In this document: one piece after another, positions 1 to 8,921 of the stretch
How the letters are laid out: the number at the start of each line of letters is the position of its first letter
Position numbering within the stretch: the first letter of the stretch is position 1
Assembly: GCA_002269645.1 (NCBI GenBank)
Contig: NIVC01004283.1
Span: 1-51,847 of the forward strand
Length of the DNA stretch: 51,847 nt
Reading direction: 5' to 3'
Source: Macrostomum lignano
Taxonomy: Eukaryota
The notes under the pieces: generated by a model
Databases searched by the model: none
What the model was told of the DNA's origin: nothing
The model's input: only the letters and a program-made list of their open reading frames with translations
Position numbers and translations under genes: made by a program

Positions 1-63
1 AAAATATCAAAATTCCGATCTTTTTCGCTTTTACTTTGCTCTCCAAACAGTGAAATCGGCCTG
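1..63 (+). repeat. Host flank paralogous to ~42665..42730 (empty-site copy); left TSD candidate GGCCTG at 58..63
   Basis: tttgctctccaaacagtgaaatcggcctg vs tttgctctctaaacagtgaaattggcctg ending at 42730. Confidence 0.75.
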
Positions 64-215
64 AGTAGAGAGATAACAAACTCTGCCGCAGGGAAAGCCA
101 CGGAAATTCCGTGGGCCCGGATCAGAAGGGCGCCTGTGTGTTTGCATAGCTCAACTCTGCCGCAGGCAAAGCCATGGGAATTCCGTAGACTCCTAGTGAG
201 AGTACATAGGCACCT
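64..215 (+). repeat. Left TIR of the Maverick, with two internal ~40-bp direct repeats
   Basis: aactctgccgcagg(g/c)aaagcca(c/t)gg(a/g)aattccgt occurs at ~79 and ~153; the inner half matches the inverted copy at 16764..16847. Confidence 0.88.
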
Positions 216-353
216 GTGTCCCATAGGGTAGGCCCCTAATGTGAATACATAGCCGCATGTGTCTACATTGGAGATAAACCAGAAAATTTGTTTTCACAAA
301 TAAAAAAATTTTTTGAAATTCTCGCTCCGTTACATCGTAATAACTAATTAATA

Positions 354-851
354 ATGGTCGATATTGGAGAAGGCTACAAACTTCAAGTACAAGAGTATGA
401 AGGAGTACAGTTTATTGCGATTCGGAAATTTTATCGACATGGCAGCACAGCAAGTTTAAAACCTGGCGTTCCCGGATTTAACCTCAACATCCGACAATGG
501 GAGAAGTTGAAAGAACTGAAGCGAACTCTCGTGAAGGCGGCCCTAGGCGGGCAACAGAGGATCATCAAACTCGGTTTTGATAAGTTTGTTGAGGTTAAGA
601 ACGGCATCATCTGGCTAAGACGGCTTCCAGAAGATTGTTGCGAAGAATTTTTGAAGCGAAACACTGTGGCTTTGGCACCAGCTCTGTGGCGAAAACTGTG
701 GGAGCAGGCTGCATGGATCGACGAGCAGCTGTCTGCCCCACGCCAAATTTCTGATGTGTATGAGCTGGAGTCGGGATCTTCGAGCGAGAGCAACGGTGAT
801 GATGATGACAACAGCAACAAGGACGACACACGTGCGGCTTGCGAAGACTGA
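354..851 (+). CDS. PC4/p15-like ssDNA-binding or coactivator protein (probably two PC4-fold units plus acidic tail; may continue by frameshift into 754..1098)
   Basis: VQVQEYEGVQFIAIRKFY..G..LKPGVPGFNLNIRQWEKL resembles the PC4 signature (V.I..F.G...vDIR.fy......PgkkGisL...QW..L). A second unit (KFVEV...IWLRR...VALAPALWRKL) is weaker. Confidence 0.75.
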   Translation: MVDIGEGYKLQVQEYEGVQFIAIRKFYRHGSTASLKPGVPGFNLNIRQWEKLKELKRTLVKAALGGQQRIIKLGFDKFVEVKNGIIWLRRLPEDCCEEFLKRNTVALAPALWRKLWEQAAWIDEQLSAPRQISDVYELESGSSSESNGDDDDNSNKDDTRAACED

Positions 852-1356
852 GGATGAGGGCGTCCAATCAAGCACTCTGCGCATCGACGATGAAGTGGTC
901 ACATCAACGCCTCTACCGGTGACAAGTGCTGCAGCTGGCTTTATCCCAAAGCAGGATTCGGATTTGCTGCAGGACCCAGTCTGGTATCGCTTCCGGGCTG
1001 AAGCAGCTGCGGTCGAGAACGTCAGGAAGCGCAAGCAGCCATATCCGCTGCGCAGGCAGAATGCCATGAGACTGCGCCTCAATGAGGATGAGGAGTGAAG
1101 AAGAAGAATAATAAGAAGTGCTTTGAAGAACTTTGGTGACTGGTGACGACTTAAATTGGCTCATTTAACAATTTCTATAATTAACATTGCTCATTTATCC
1201 AGAAAACTTAATTAAGTCTCTCCATTTAAGAAAATCATGCAACTTATTGTTTCTTATCGCTGAAATATATAAAAGCTTCTTTTCATAAAAAAATTGTTTT
1301 CCTTTGTTCTTGTGCTTAAGAAAAAATTAGACTGTTGACTTTTGTTTCTTGAGAAA

Positions 1357-1500
1357 ATGGAAAAAAATTACTTTGCTCCTGGCCAACCAGCTAGTTTTTC
1401 AATTTGCTCAAAGCTGCTGCATCAAGTTGGAGAAGAGGGTGGGCATAAAAATTGAAAGAGCATTGAACAGTGGCTCAATGAGCAAACCGCGAACAGAACT
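1357..1500 (+). pseudogene. Degenerate duplicate of the integrase N-terminus
   Basis: Reads MEKNYFAPGQPASFSICSKLLHQVGEEGGHKN*KSIEQWLNEQ vs integrase MEKIYYNPAQPASFSGVSKLLHELKK...KSIGQWLTEQ; same frame, one TGA. Confidence 0.75.
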
Positions 1501-1545
1501 TTAAAAAAATTGTTTTGCAGGCTTTCATTCAGCTTGATTTTGATA

Positions 1546-2615
1546 ATGGAAAAGATCTACTACAACCCTGCTCAGCCTGCCAGTTTCTCGGGTGTCTCAA
1601 AGCTTCTGCACGAGCTCAAGAAAACACAGGATAATCGTGAATCTAAAAAGAGCATCGGACAATGGCTGACTGAGCAGCCTGTGTACACACTGCACAAGCA
1701 AGCTAGGAGACGCTATCCTATGGCACCAATCATTGTTAGGGCTATTGATGATCAGTGGGAACTTGACCTGGTTGAGATGATACCATTTGCAAAATACAAT
1801 AACGGCTACAAGTATATTCTCACATGTATAGATGTCCTCTCTAAATCTGGTTGGGCCAGGCCTCTAAAAAACAAATCAGCTGCGGAAGTCAAGTTCGCAT
1901 TCGAGAGTATCCTGAGGTGCTCAAAGCGCCAGCCACGCACAGTCCGCACGGATCAAGGAAAAGAGTTCATCAATACCAATTTTCGGGAGTTCTGTATAAG
2001 CAAGGGAATTTTGGCATTCCCCACTAATAGTGAGCAAAAAGCAGCCATCATAGAGAGGTGGAATAGAACTTTGAAAAACAAAATGTGGCGATATTTCACC
2101 CACAAGAGCACTTTGCATTGGGTTGATGTGTTGCCAAAGCTGGTCAAGTCGTACAACAACACTTACCACAGAAGCATCAAAATGGCACCGACTAGCGTAT
2201 GCAAAGAGAATGAGACTGAGGTCTGGATGAACCTTTACAATGGAAGAGCCATTGAGACTGTGAAGAAGCCAAAGAAGCCCAAATTCAGTGAAAAGCAGTC
2301 AGTGAGAATTTCCAATGCACCCAGGCTATTCTGCAAAGGATACAAGGCCAACTGGAGTGAGGAGGTGTACACTGTAGTATGTAGGGCACCGAAGCACTAT
2401 CCGTACATGTACAAGATTAGGGACATGAAGGGTGAGGAGATCCGGGGTCTCTTTCATGAGCATGAGCTGCAGGCGTGCCGGACTCACAGCGACTGTATGT
2501 GATTGAGAAGATTCTGAAAACGGAGAAGCGGAAGGGAAAAATTCGCTATCTGGTGAAGTGGGCCGGCTACGACTCGACAGGCTGGGTGGATGAAAAAGAC
2601 TTAAGAAAGGTTTAG
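1546..2615 (+). CDS. int: Maverick retroviral-like DDE integrase with C-terminal chromodomain (one -1 frameshift near 2475)
   Basis: WELDLVEM / TDQGKEF / AAIIERWNRT catalytic triad. The -1 frame 2481..2615 reads DSQRLYVIEKILKTEKRKGKIRYLVKWAGYDSTGWVDEKDLRKV*, a chromodomain. Confidence 0.93.
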
Positions 2616-2634
2616 CTTTTGCGCATCTCTTCTC

Positions 2635-3458
2635 ATGAGGTTTAACATTATAATGCGAACTATTTTGATTAACAGTGAGCATGCTGAAGGTACTCCTAGT
2701 GACTTTAATTTTTACCTGCCTTCACCTATTTACTTGGATCGAAATGTGGACTATGAGGCAGGTCTGGCTGAAATCCATCTGCCTGCTGCATGGTTCAATG
2801 TTGACGAGCCTTACTGCTTCACTGTCTCAGATGGAAGAGAGCATGAGGCCCTGGTTCTTCAACCCGGACGCTTTGCTAGAGTGGAGGAGCTGGTGGAGCG
2901 CCTGAATGAGCTGCTGGCCAACTCTGATTCGCTGTTCTTTGATGCGATGAGTGACAGGGAGTCTGAGATGGAGGCTGATGAGTCCGGCCTGATGGGGCGT
3001 AGTGGCAACAGGGAATTCGGTATGAAGTTCGAAATCCACAACTCACGAACTGTGGTGCACAACAACACTGCGAGAGCAGAGCTGTTTCTTCCATCTAGTA
3101 AAATTCTGCATTGGCTGGGATTTGGAAACCAGGCTGTGAAAATCCAGCCAGGGAGCGTGTCCGAGCACTGCATTGGCTGCCCGCGCACCAGCTTAATCAA
3201 TGTGCACTGCAGTATCGTTGAGTCAACTAATTGCAACTTGGGCTCCCTGTTGAGAACAGTTGGAATGAAAGCCGGCATTGAATGGGGCAACTATCAAACA
3301 AAAATATTTAAGAAAACAATATTCTTCCCGATTCAACGAATCAGTCTTCTTCACAGCATTCGAGTTCAGCTGCGTGACATCTATGGTTGCCCAGTGATTG
3401 CCCAGAACTCAGCCCTGTTCTGCTCACAGTTCAGATTCGGGAGAAACGCATTCAATGA
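2635..3458 (+). CDS. Minor capsid protein (penton); probable frameshift near 3400
   Basis: N-terminal PSDFNFYLPSPIYL...YEAGLAEIHLPAAWFNV and C-terminal IRVQLRDIYG are typical of Maverick pentons. The -1 frame ends LLTVQIREKRIQ* with TGA overlapping the next ATG (ATGA at 3455..3458). Confidence 0.8.
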
Positions 3459-3817
3459 ACTACCAGCAGCTGATCCAGCAATATTCGGGGGTGAGGACAG
3501 GACACGAAAAGCCTGCACTCTATGGCTGTGGGAGCTTTCCGGGGATCATGACATACCAGCCTCCTCCAGCGGCTACATCATCATTCTCAACGCATAGCAA
3601 TGTCAGGCGCAAAAGAAATACTGAAGCAAGTCCGAAACGATTGAAGAAGAAGAAGTACACCCGAAAGGCAACTGGTAGAGATCGCACTAATAAGAGGTGC
3701 AATGAAAGAAATCCGAGCAAGGCTAGTAGGAAAAAGCTTAAGAATAGGAAGACGAAAGCAAAGAAGAATAGGCAGGTGGAGGAAAGCGAAAGCGAAAAGT
3801 CAGCAAGAAAACTGTGA
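3455..3817 (+). CDS. Small very basic protein, putative virion core/DNA-condensing protein
   Basis: K/R-rich C-half; located between penton and hexon; contains LYGC^G matching the adenain (M/I/L)XGX^G consensus. Confidence 0.55.
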   Translation: MNYQQLIQQYSGVRTGHEKPALYGCGSFPGIMTYQPPPAATSSFSTHSNVRRKRNTEASPKRLKKKKYTRKATGRDRTNKRCNERNPSKASRKKLKNRKTKAKKNRQVEESESEKSARKL

Positions 3818-3845
3818 AACGCGTGCTCGACTCTCTGTCATAGAC

Positions 3846-6153
3846 ATGGCTTACGGATTCAATCCCAGACTTGATTTATTTAAGACGCCTGTTCTACAAA
3901 CCTGCATTGAAAAAGCTACTTATGTTGATATTCACCCAGTAAATTCCATTACTGCAAACTCCCCCATTGAATTTGACTGCCACCAATCTGCCGATGAATA
4001 CACTGATTTGCTTAATTCTTTTCTTTATATTCGCTGCCGCCTTGTGAGACTGTATGGGGGTTTGCTGAGGGAGGATGTTCGAGATGGAGATGGCATCATC
4101 ACCGAGCGCAAAGACAGTGATGTGCACCCAGAAAACTTTGTTCTGTCTACAGCCTTCTCAGATGTAATTGTGAGCATTAACCAGCGAGTGGTGTCTGGTG
4201 GAGACCAGCTCTATCCCTACCATGAGTACTTCAAAGCACTAATGAGCTCATCCGATGCCCAGCAACTAAAACTTTACCCTGCTGGCTTCCTGGAGCCGAA
4301 CTCGGCAGCTGAAGAGCACACGGAGAGCCACAGGGAATCCCGATGGATGGAGTTGTAGAGTATTATATCTCCCAGAAAAGTTATTTAAAATTGTTAACGT
4401 ACTACTTAAATAGTAGTAATTTGAGGAGCATGTATAAGGATATGCGCTGAACCATACATATATTCGAATTAACCAATAGAAAGAGAGAAATCTCGAGCAT
4501 GCTAATTTTAGAAATCACCCAATCACGTGCGACCAACAACTGTCAATTCAAACCCCACCTTCAAGTCATCATTTGGTTTGCACTCGGGTTGCACCCGGAT
4601 GAACCAATCAAAGTCTACCAGCTACGGTAACCAATCATGCGCTTTTACAGTAGACTAGTTGCGCAACTTTCTACCCTGTCATGCTTGACAGCCACCGAAT
4701 CGTGACCCTTTGACATTTGCGAAGACAGTGATGTACGACCTCGAGAGAGGTCTGAACGCCTATAAATACAAGTGGTCTGGAACGGACTCAGAGCCAACAA
4801 TTCCTCCGGAAGGAGAAGAGCTCCGAAGAGGAAGCCACTACAGGACTTCCTACAGAAGACTCGTCGAGTTCTTGCGGTAAGCCTTACTCATTTGCGCCTG
4901 TGTTTCGAGACGTCTCGTTGGAGTTTAGTTTGAGTCTGTTGAGACTCCTGAGTCTGTCTAGACTCTACTGGTTGCAGTCTCCAGAAGGACTGCCCCTGAT
5001 AGATCTTAGAAGACTATCAGTGGTTTCCGGAGCTATATCTAGAGTGCATAGAGGCACTGCTAGAAGGAGTAGGCTTATATTAAACCGCAGTTTGGCGCAG
5101 GGTACCCATTGTTGATTTGGAAGCTTCCCATTGGTCCGCACTACAGATACCGGCCGGAAACGACTTCAGTGGACGAAAAGGAACGCGGACCTGGTTACGA
5201 ACATAGACGTCTAACGAAGTTCGAGGGTCAAAGGAAGTCCGAGAACTACAGAACTACAGAAGAGCTCTCCGATACAGGACTCAAGGTAATACATACCTTC
5301 ATTTGATTACTGGGTTGCCTAGCTACAGAGCTAGAAGTGAGTGTTCTTTGATTACCAAAAGTCGGGTAATAAGGAACACATCAGAGTATGCGAGACCGCT
5401 CTTCAGCGATGTTTTCCAGTGCCCAGTGTTTCTGCTAAACAATCTGCACTTGCACATCAAACTGGTGCCAGCGATGGGGCATTTGCTATCAGAAGCCCGA
5501 ATGCAAACAACGCGGCATATCGCATGGAAATCTCTCACTGCATTTTGCATCTTCGCCGAGTCAAAGTGGTGCCCCACATCAGCCTGGCCCACGAGCAGGG
5601 GCTGACAAACCAAAATGCACTGTATCCCATCGAGCGAACTGAAATGCAGAACTTCATCCTACCCCAGGGCATTCAATCTAAAAACATTGAAGGATTCACT
5701 CATGGAAAATTGCCGAAGTTCATCATGCTGGCCTTCGTGAGCCACCGTGCATTCAACGGTCATCATCACGTTCCAGTTCCAGAGCTTCAACCTTAGCTGG
5801 TTGGCTCTAAAGAAAGGTGGGGAAACCGTGTGCCACGGTGCCTTCACACCTGAAAACAATTCCTTTGTAAGAGAATACTTGCACTACCTGAAAAGCTGTC
5901 AATCTGCAAGCCACACGAACTCGGTTCCGTGGATCCCTTACCAGCTCTTCTCCAACAACAACACGGTTTTTGCTTTCGATCTCACACCGAGGGAGCGGCT
6001 CTGTGGTACGGACAGGAGGAGGGCAACCTGCGGCTGGAGATTCGCTTCCGACAGGCTCTGGACGAAACGGTGTCCCTGATCGCTCTGTGCCTGTATGACT
6101 CGCTGATTGAGGTCACCAAGCACCGGGAGCTTTTGCTGGACTATTCCTCTTAA
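3846..6153 (+). pseudogene. Major capsid protein (double jelly-roll hexon-like), interrupted by a solo LTR and ~3 frameshifts
   Basis: LDLFKTPVLQTCIE...PIEF...YTDLLNSFLYIRCRL (3846..4353). After LTR removal it reads RWMEYARPLFSDVFQ...LHIKL, then LHLRRVKV..ISLAH...YPI.R.E...GKLPK...AFNG, VFAFDLTP, GNLRLEIRF...ALDETV..I....YD..IEV across ORFs 5303, 5341, 5747, 5929. Confidence 0.92.
4354..5383 (+). mobile_element. Solo LTR (1030 bp) inserted in the hexon gene
   Basis: Begins TG, ends CA, flanked by 4-bp TSD GAGT (4350..4353, 5384..5387). Removal restores the hexon frame. TATA-like cctataaata near 4760 and CCAAT motifs upstream. Confidence 0.85.
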
Positions 6154-6158
6154 CTGGC

Positions 6159-6666
6159 ATGGAAGCAATTCAACTACTCCATCTCGCCAGAAAATTTTTG
6201 TCTTGCCGAAAATTCCTCATCATTACTTTACATTCACGCTATAAAAATGTATTGTCTTTGAGTCTAAAAAGAAAATATCGATCAATTCCCTTTGAAAACA
6301 AGTTTGTGTTTATCCTACTACAGCACAATGGCTCATTTGGTCATTGGGTGGTGTGCTATGCTGGGCAAGGAAATTGCATTGAGCTGTTCAACTCCCTCGG
6401 CTGGGAACCTGAAATTTTAATCTGTGGTTTATAATTTGTTTCGAGAGATTAAACAACTGGCTTTTCTCCGAAGCAATAAAAACAGATTTCAATGTGCTAA
6501 CTCTAATAAATGCGGAGTGTTTTGCATCTATTTTGCTTATCAAAAGTTGCTGATCAATCGGTCATTTGAGGGTATTTTAAAGAGTTTGCACTCTAATGAA
6601 AAAAATCATTTGAATGATAGAATCTTACAGAGGTTTGAAGCCAACTTAAGAAAAAGATGTCCGTGA
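6159..6666 (+). CDS. Adenain-like cysteine maturation protease (frameshift near 6425)
   Basis: GHWVV (His), ELFNSLG (Asp/Asn position), FQCANSNKCGVFCIYF (oxyanion Gln and catalytic Cys). Confidence 0.88.
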
Positions 6667-6695
6667 TTTTCTAGAACTATATTTATGCATTAGAC

Positions 6696-7342
6696 ATGGG
6701 AGAAAAGCGAGTTTGCTACGATATCCGCCTCAGGCAGGGAAGCTGCATGATTGTCTGCGGGCCCACCAATGCAGGAAAAACAACCTTTGTCAAACACCTG
6801 ATCCAGTACAGAGACGTCATGTTTGATGTGAAGCCTGGCAGAGTTCTGTGGTACTATGGGATCTCACAGGCAGGCCATGCAGAACTGAGCAGCCTAGGTG
6901 TGCAGCTGCGCCAGGGATTTCCCACCAACATCGAGGCAGCACTTAGGCCCAATGACCTGGTTGTTTTCGATGACTTAATAGAGGAAACTTCAAATTCTGC
7001 TTCAATGCGAAATTTTTTCACAGGAATCGCACATCACTTGCCGTGCTTTTTGGTGATGCTGACTCAGAATATATTTTTCAAGGGAAAAGAGTCGCGAACA
7101 ATGAGCTTGAATGTAATGTATTTAGCTATCTTGAAAAACCCCGAGACCAGCTGCAGATTGCAGCACTGGGCAGGCAGTGCTTTACAGAGAAGCCCGGCTT
7201 TCTGCTGTCAGTGTTCAAGCACGTGACCGCGCAGAACAGGGGAGCCTACCTGTTCCTAGACTTTCACCCATCAACTCCCGATGAGCTGCGAGTGCGGGCC
7301 AGAATTCTGCCCAACCAGCGACCCCATCTTGTATTTGCTTAA
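6696..7342 (+). CDS. FtsK/A32-like DNA packaging ATPase (frameshift near 7140)
   Basis: Walker A GPTNAGKTT, Walker B LVVFDDL, HHLPCFLVMLTQN, then in the shifted frame PRDQLQIAALGRQ...AYLFLDFHPSTPDELRVR. Confidence 0.93.
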
Positions 7343-7384
7343 GAAAGTGAAGCTTGTTTTTTATCAGCTATTGTTTTCATCGCT

Positions 7385-7723
7385 ATGGAAGTGCTTGATT
7401 CACATGCAAGTCTTTTTGCGGTTCTTGCGTCACCTAAATATACCGTGCGCTTCAAGCGGCTGTTGATAAAAAAATGTCCAAAAGAAGTGCGTTATTTTCT
7501 TGTTGAGGCCTGTCATAATCTCTTACAAAACAATTTATCGTTTTCGATCGATGAAAAAGCTGTTCTTGCAAATTCAAAAGAGATAATTCGAAAAATTACT
7601 CAGCAGAGAAGAAAGAAAGACCTGTTAAAGGCTGGCTTCATCAAAATACTCCCGATTCTGCTTAAGCTGGTAAAGAAGAAGAAGCAAAATGAACAAATTT
7701 TCAGAAATGGTTCTGATTTCTAA
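7385..7723 (+). CDS. Conserved small Maverick virion-module ORF with C-terminal hydrophobic/amphipathic helix
   Basis: LVEACHNLLQNN...KKDLLKAGFIKILPILL resembles the conserved CEC..N.L.GN / KGGFL..LL ORF found next to Maverick ATPases (from memory). Confidence 0.6.
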   Translation: MEVLDSHASLFAVLASPKYTVRFKRLLIKKCPKEVRYFLVEACHNLLQNNLSFSIDEKAVLANSKEIIRKITQQRRKKDLLKAGFIKILPILLKLVKKKKQNEQIFRNGSDF

Positions 7724-8309
7724 AGCAGAGTATGAGATGTTGGTGCAGAATTTTAAGCCAAATGAGACTAGCACTGACGCTGACTTGAAGCAGGCTCAGA
7801 AGAAATGCGATGATATCTTGTATGCCGATGATTATCCAGAAGATGTGAAAACCGCCATGTATCAAAGTGCAATGCAAAGTTTGCTGGCCAAGCGCAAGCA
7901 CGCTGGAAAAGAAGGATCACGAAATACTGAAGCCAAGTTGATGAAAACAGAGACACCCCAGATGAACACCTGGGAAGAGAAGATCAGCAAGTCGGTGCCA
8001 CAGAAATTCAAAACCAGGGCTCGCAGTCTATGGACGATCCTGTCCACCAATCCAGAGTTGATTCGAGTTTGTGAAAACGGGGAGGTGGAAATCACAGGCA
8101 CTTCAATCCCTTCCTCAAACATACTGGACTTGATTCAGCACGCAGTGAGGGATTCGCCATGTGAGCGTGAACCAGTTGGGTGGAACGAGTTCATCGATTT
8201 GCTGCAGCAGAAAAAGCTTAATGTTCCGCTTTCTGCTGTTGGTAAATCAGTTAAAAGAAAATGGCAACCAGCAGAGGGGGTGAACTGGAGAAAGAACAGG
8301 AGAGTCTAG
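7689..8309 (+). CDS. Conserved Maverick hypothetical protein
   Basis: Intact 206 aa. MVLISKAEY..., DDIL..DDYPEDVKTAMYQ, GEVEI.G..IPSSNILDLI...V, PVGWNEFIDLL...NVP are motifs I recall from Maverick ORFs. Confidence 0.65.
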   Translation: MNKFSEMVLISKAEYEMLVQNFKPNETSTDADLKQAQKKCDDILYADDYPEDVKTAMYQSAMQSLLAKRKHAGKEGSRNTEAKLMKTETPQMNTWEEKISKSVPQKFKTRARSLWTILSTNPELIRVCENGEVEITGTSIPSSNILDLIQHAVRDSPCEREPVGWNEFIDLLQQKKLNVPLSAVGKSVKRKWQPAEGVNWRKNRRV

Positions 8310-8367
8310 TCAAGGGGTACGGGAGCAACACAGCCTGGCTGAAACTGCCGGAAGAAAATATATAAGA

Positions 8368-8830
8368 ATGGGAACTGACTCCGAAATTTCGAGGGAAAGC
8401 TGCATCATGAACTACATTGACTTCCAAGGATTCCCGTGCAACAGCAAAAAATTTGTTGTGAAGGAGTTGGCAGTTGTTCAAGTCAGAGTGGGAAGCTACC
8501 GCATTGCTCACCATGTGTACGCACCTCCGTATCCATGGGAGAGAGTCTCACCTGACATGCGAGTTTGCTACAGACAGCTATCAAAGAGTCTGCACCAGTT
8601 TAAGTGGAATGATGGAACCCGTCCGTACATGGAACTGGCGGAAGACATTCTGAGGCATTGCCAGTGGTCCGATCTGGACAAATGGGGAAAGGAAGTCTAT
8701 TTTCCTGACTGAGCTGCTTGGTAGACAGGTTTATAACCTAGAAGATTTGGGAGCACCCTCGACTGAAGATTCAGATACTGGCTGTGCAGTGAGAAATTCG
8801 TTGCTGCACTACAGTTGGCTTAAGCCAAAG
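8368..8830 (+). pseudogene. DEDD-type 3'-5' exonuclease-like protein, frameshifted near 8705; end approximate
   Basis: YIDFQGF...FVVKELAV (ExoI-like), PPYPW, W.DG..PY. The shifted frame continues ELLGRQVYNLEDLGAPS...CAVRNSLLHYSWL. Confidence 0.6.
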
Positions 8831-8921
8831 TTCTGCATCAACTTAAGAAGCGAGCAGTGTCCGTGGCACACGAGCAGTAAAGTTGGCAGAAGCAGATTTG
8901 GTGAAGAAGTTGACGATCGAA

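Noticed and set aside
1040-1070. LRRQNA pseudo-substrate-like motif in ORF 754..1098
   Set aside because: Too short to support without homologs, and the ORF itself is uncertain.
2470-8710. Programmed ribosomal frameshifting as the cause of the many Maverick frame changes
   Set aside because: No consistent slippery sites; these genes are normally single ORFs. Similar 1-bp shifts in the young Gypsy C suggest decay or long-read indel errors.
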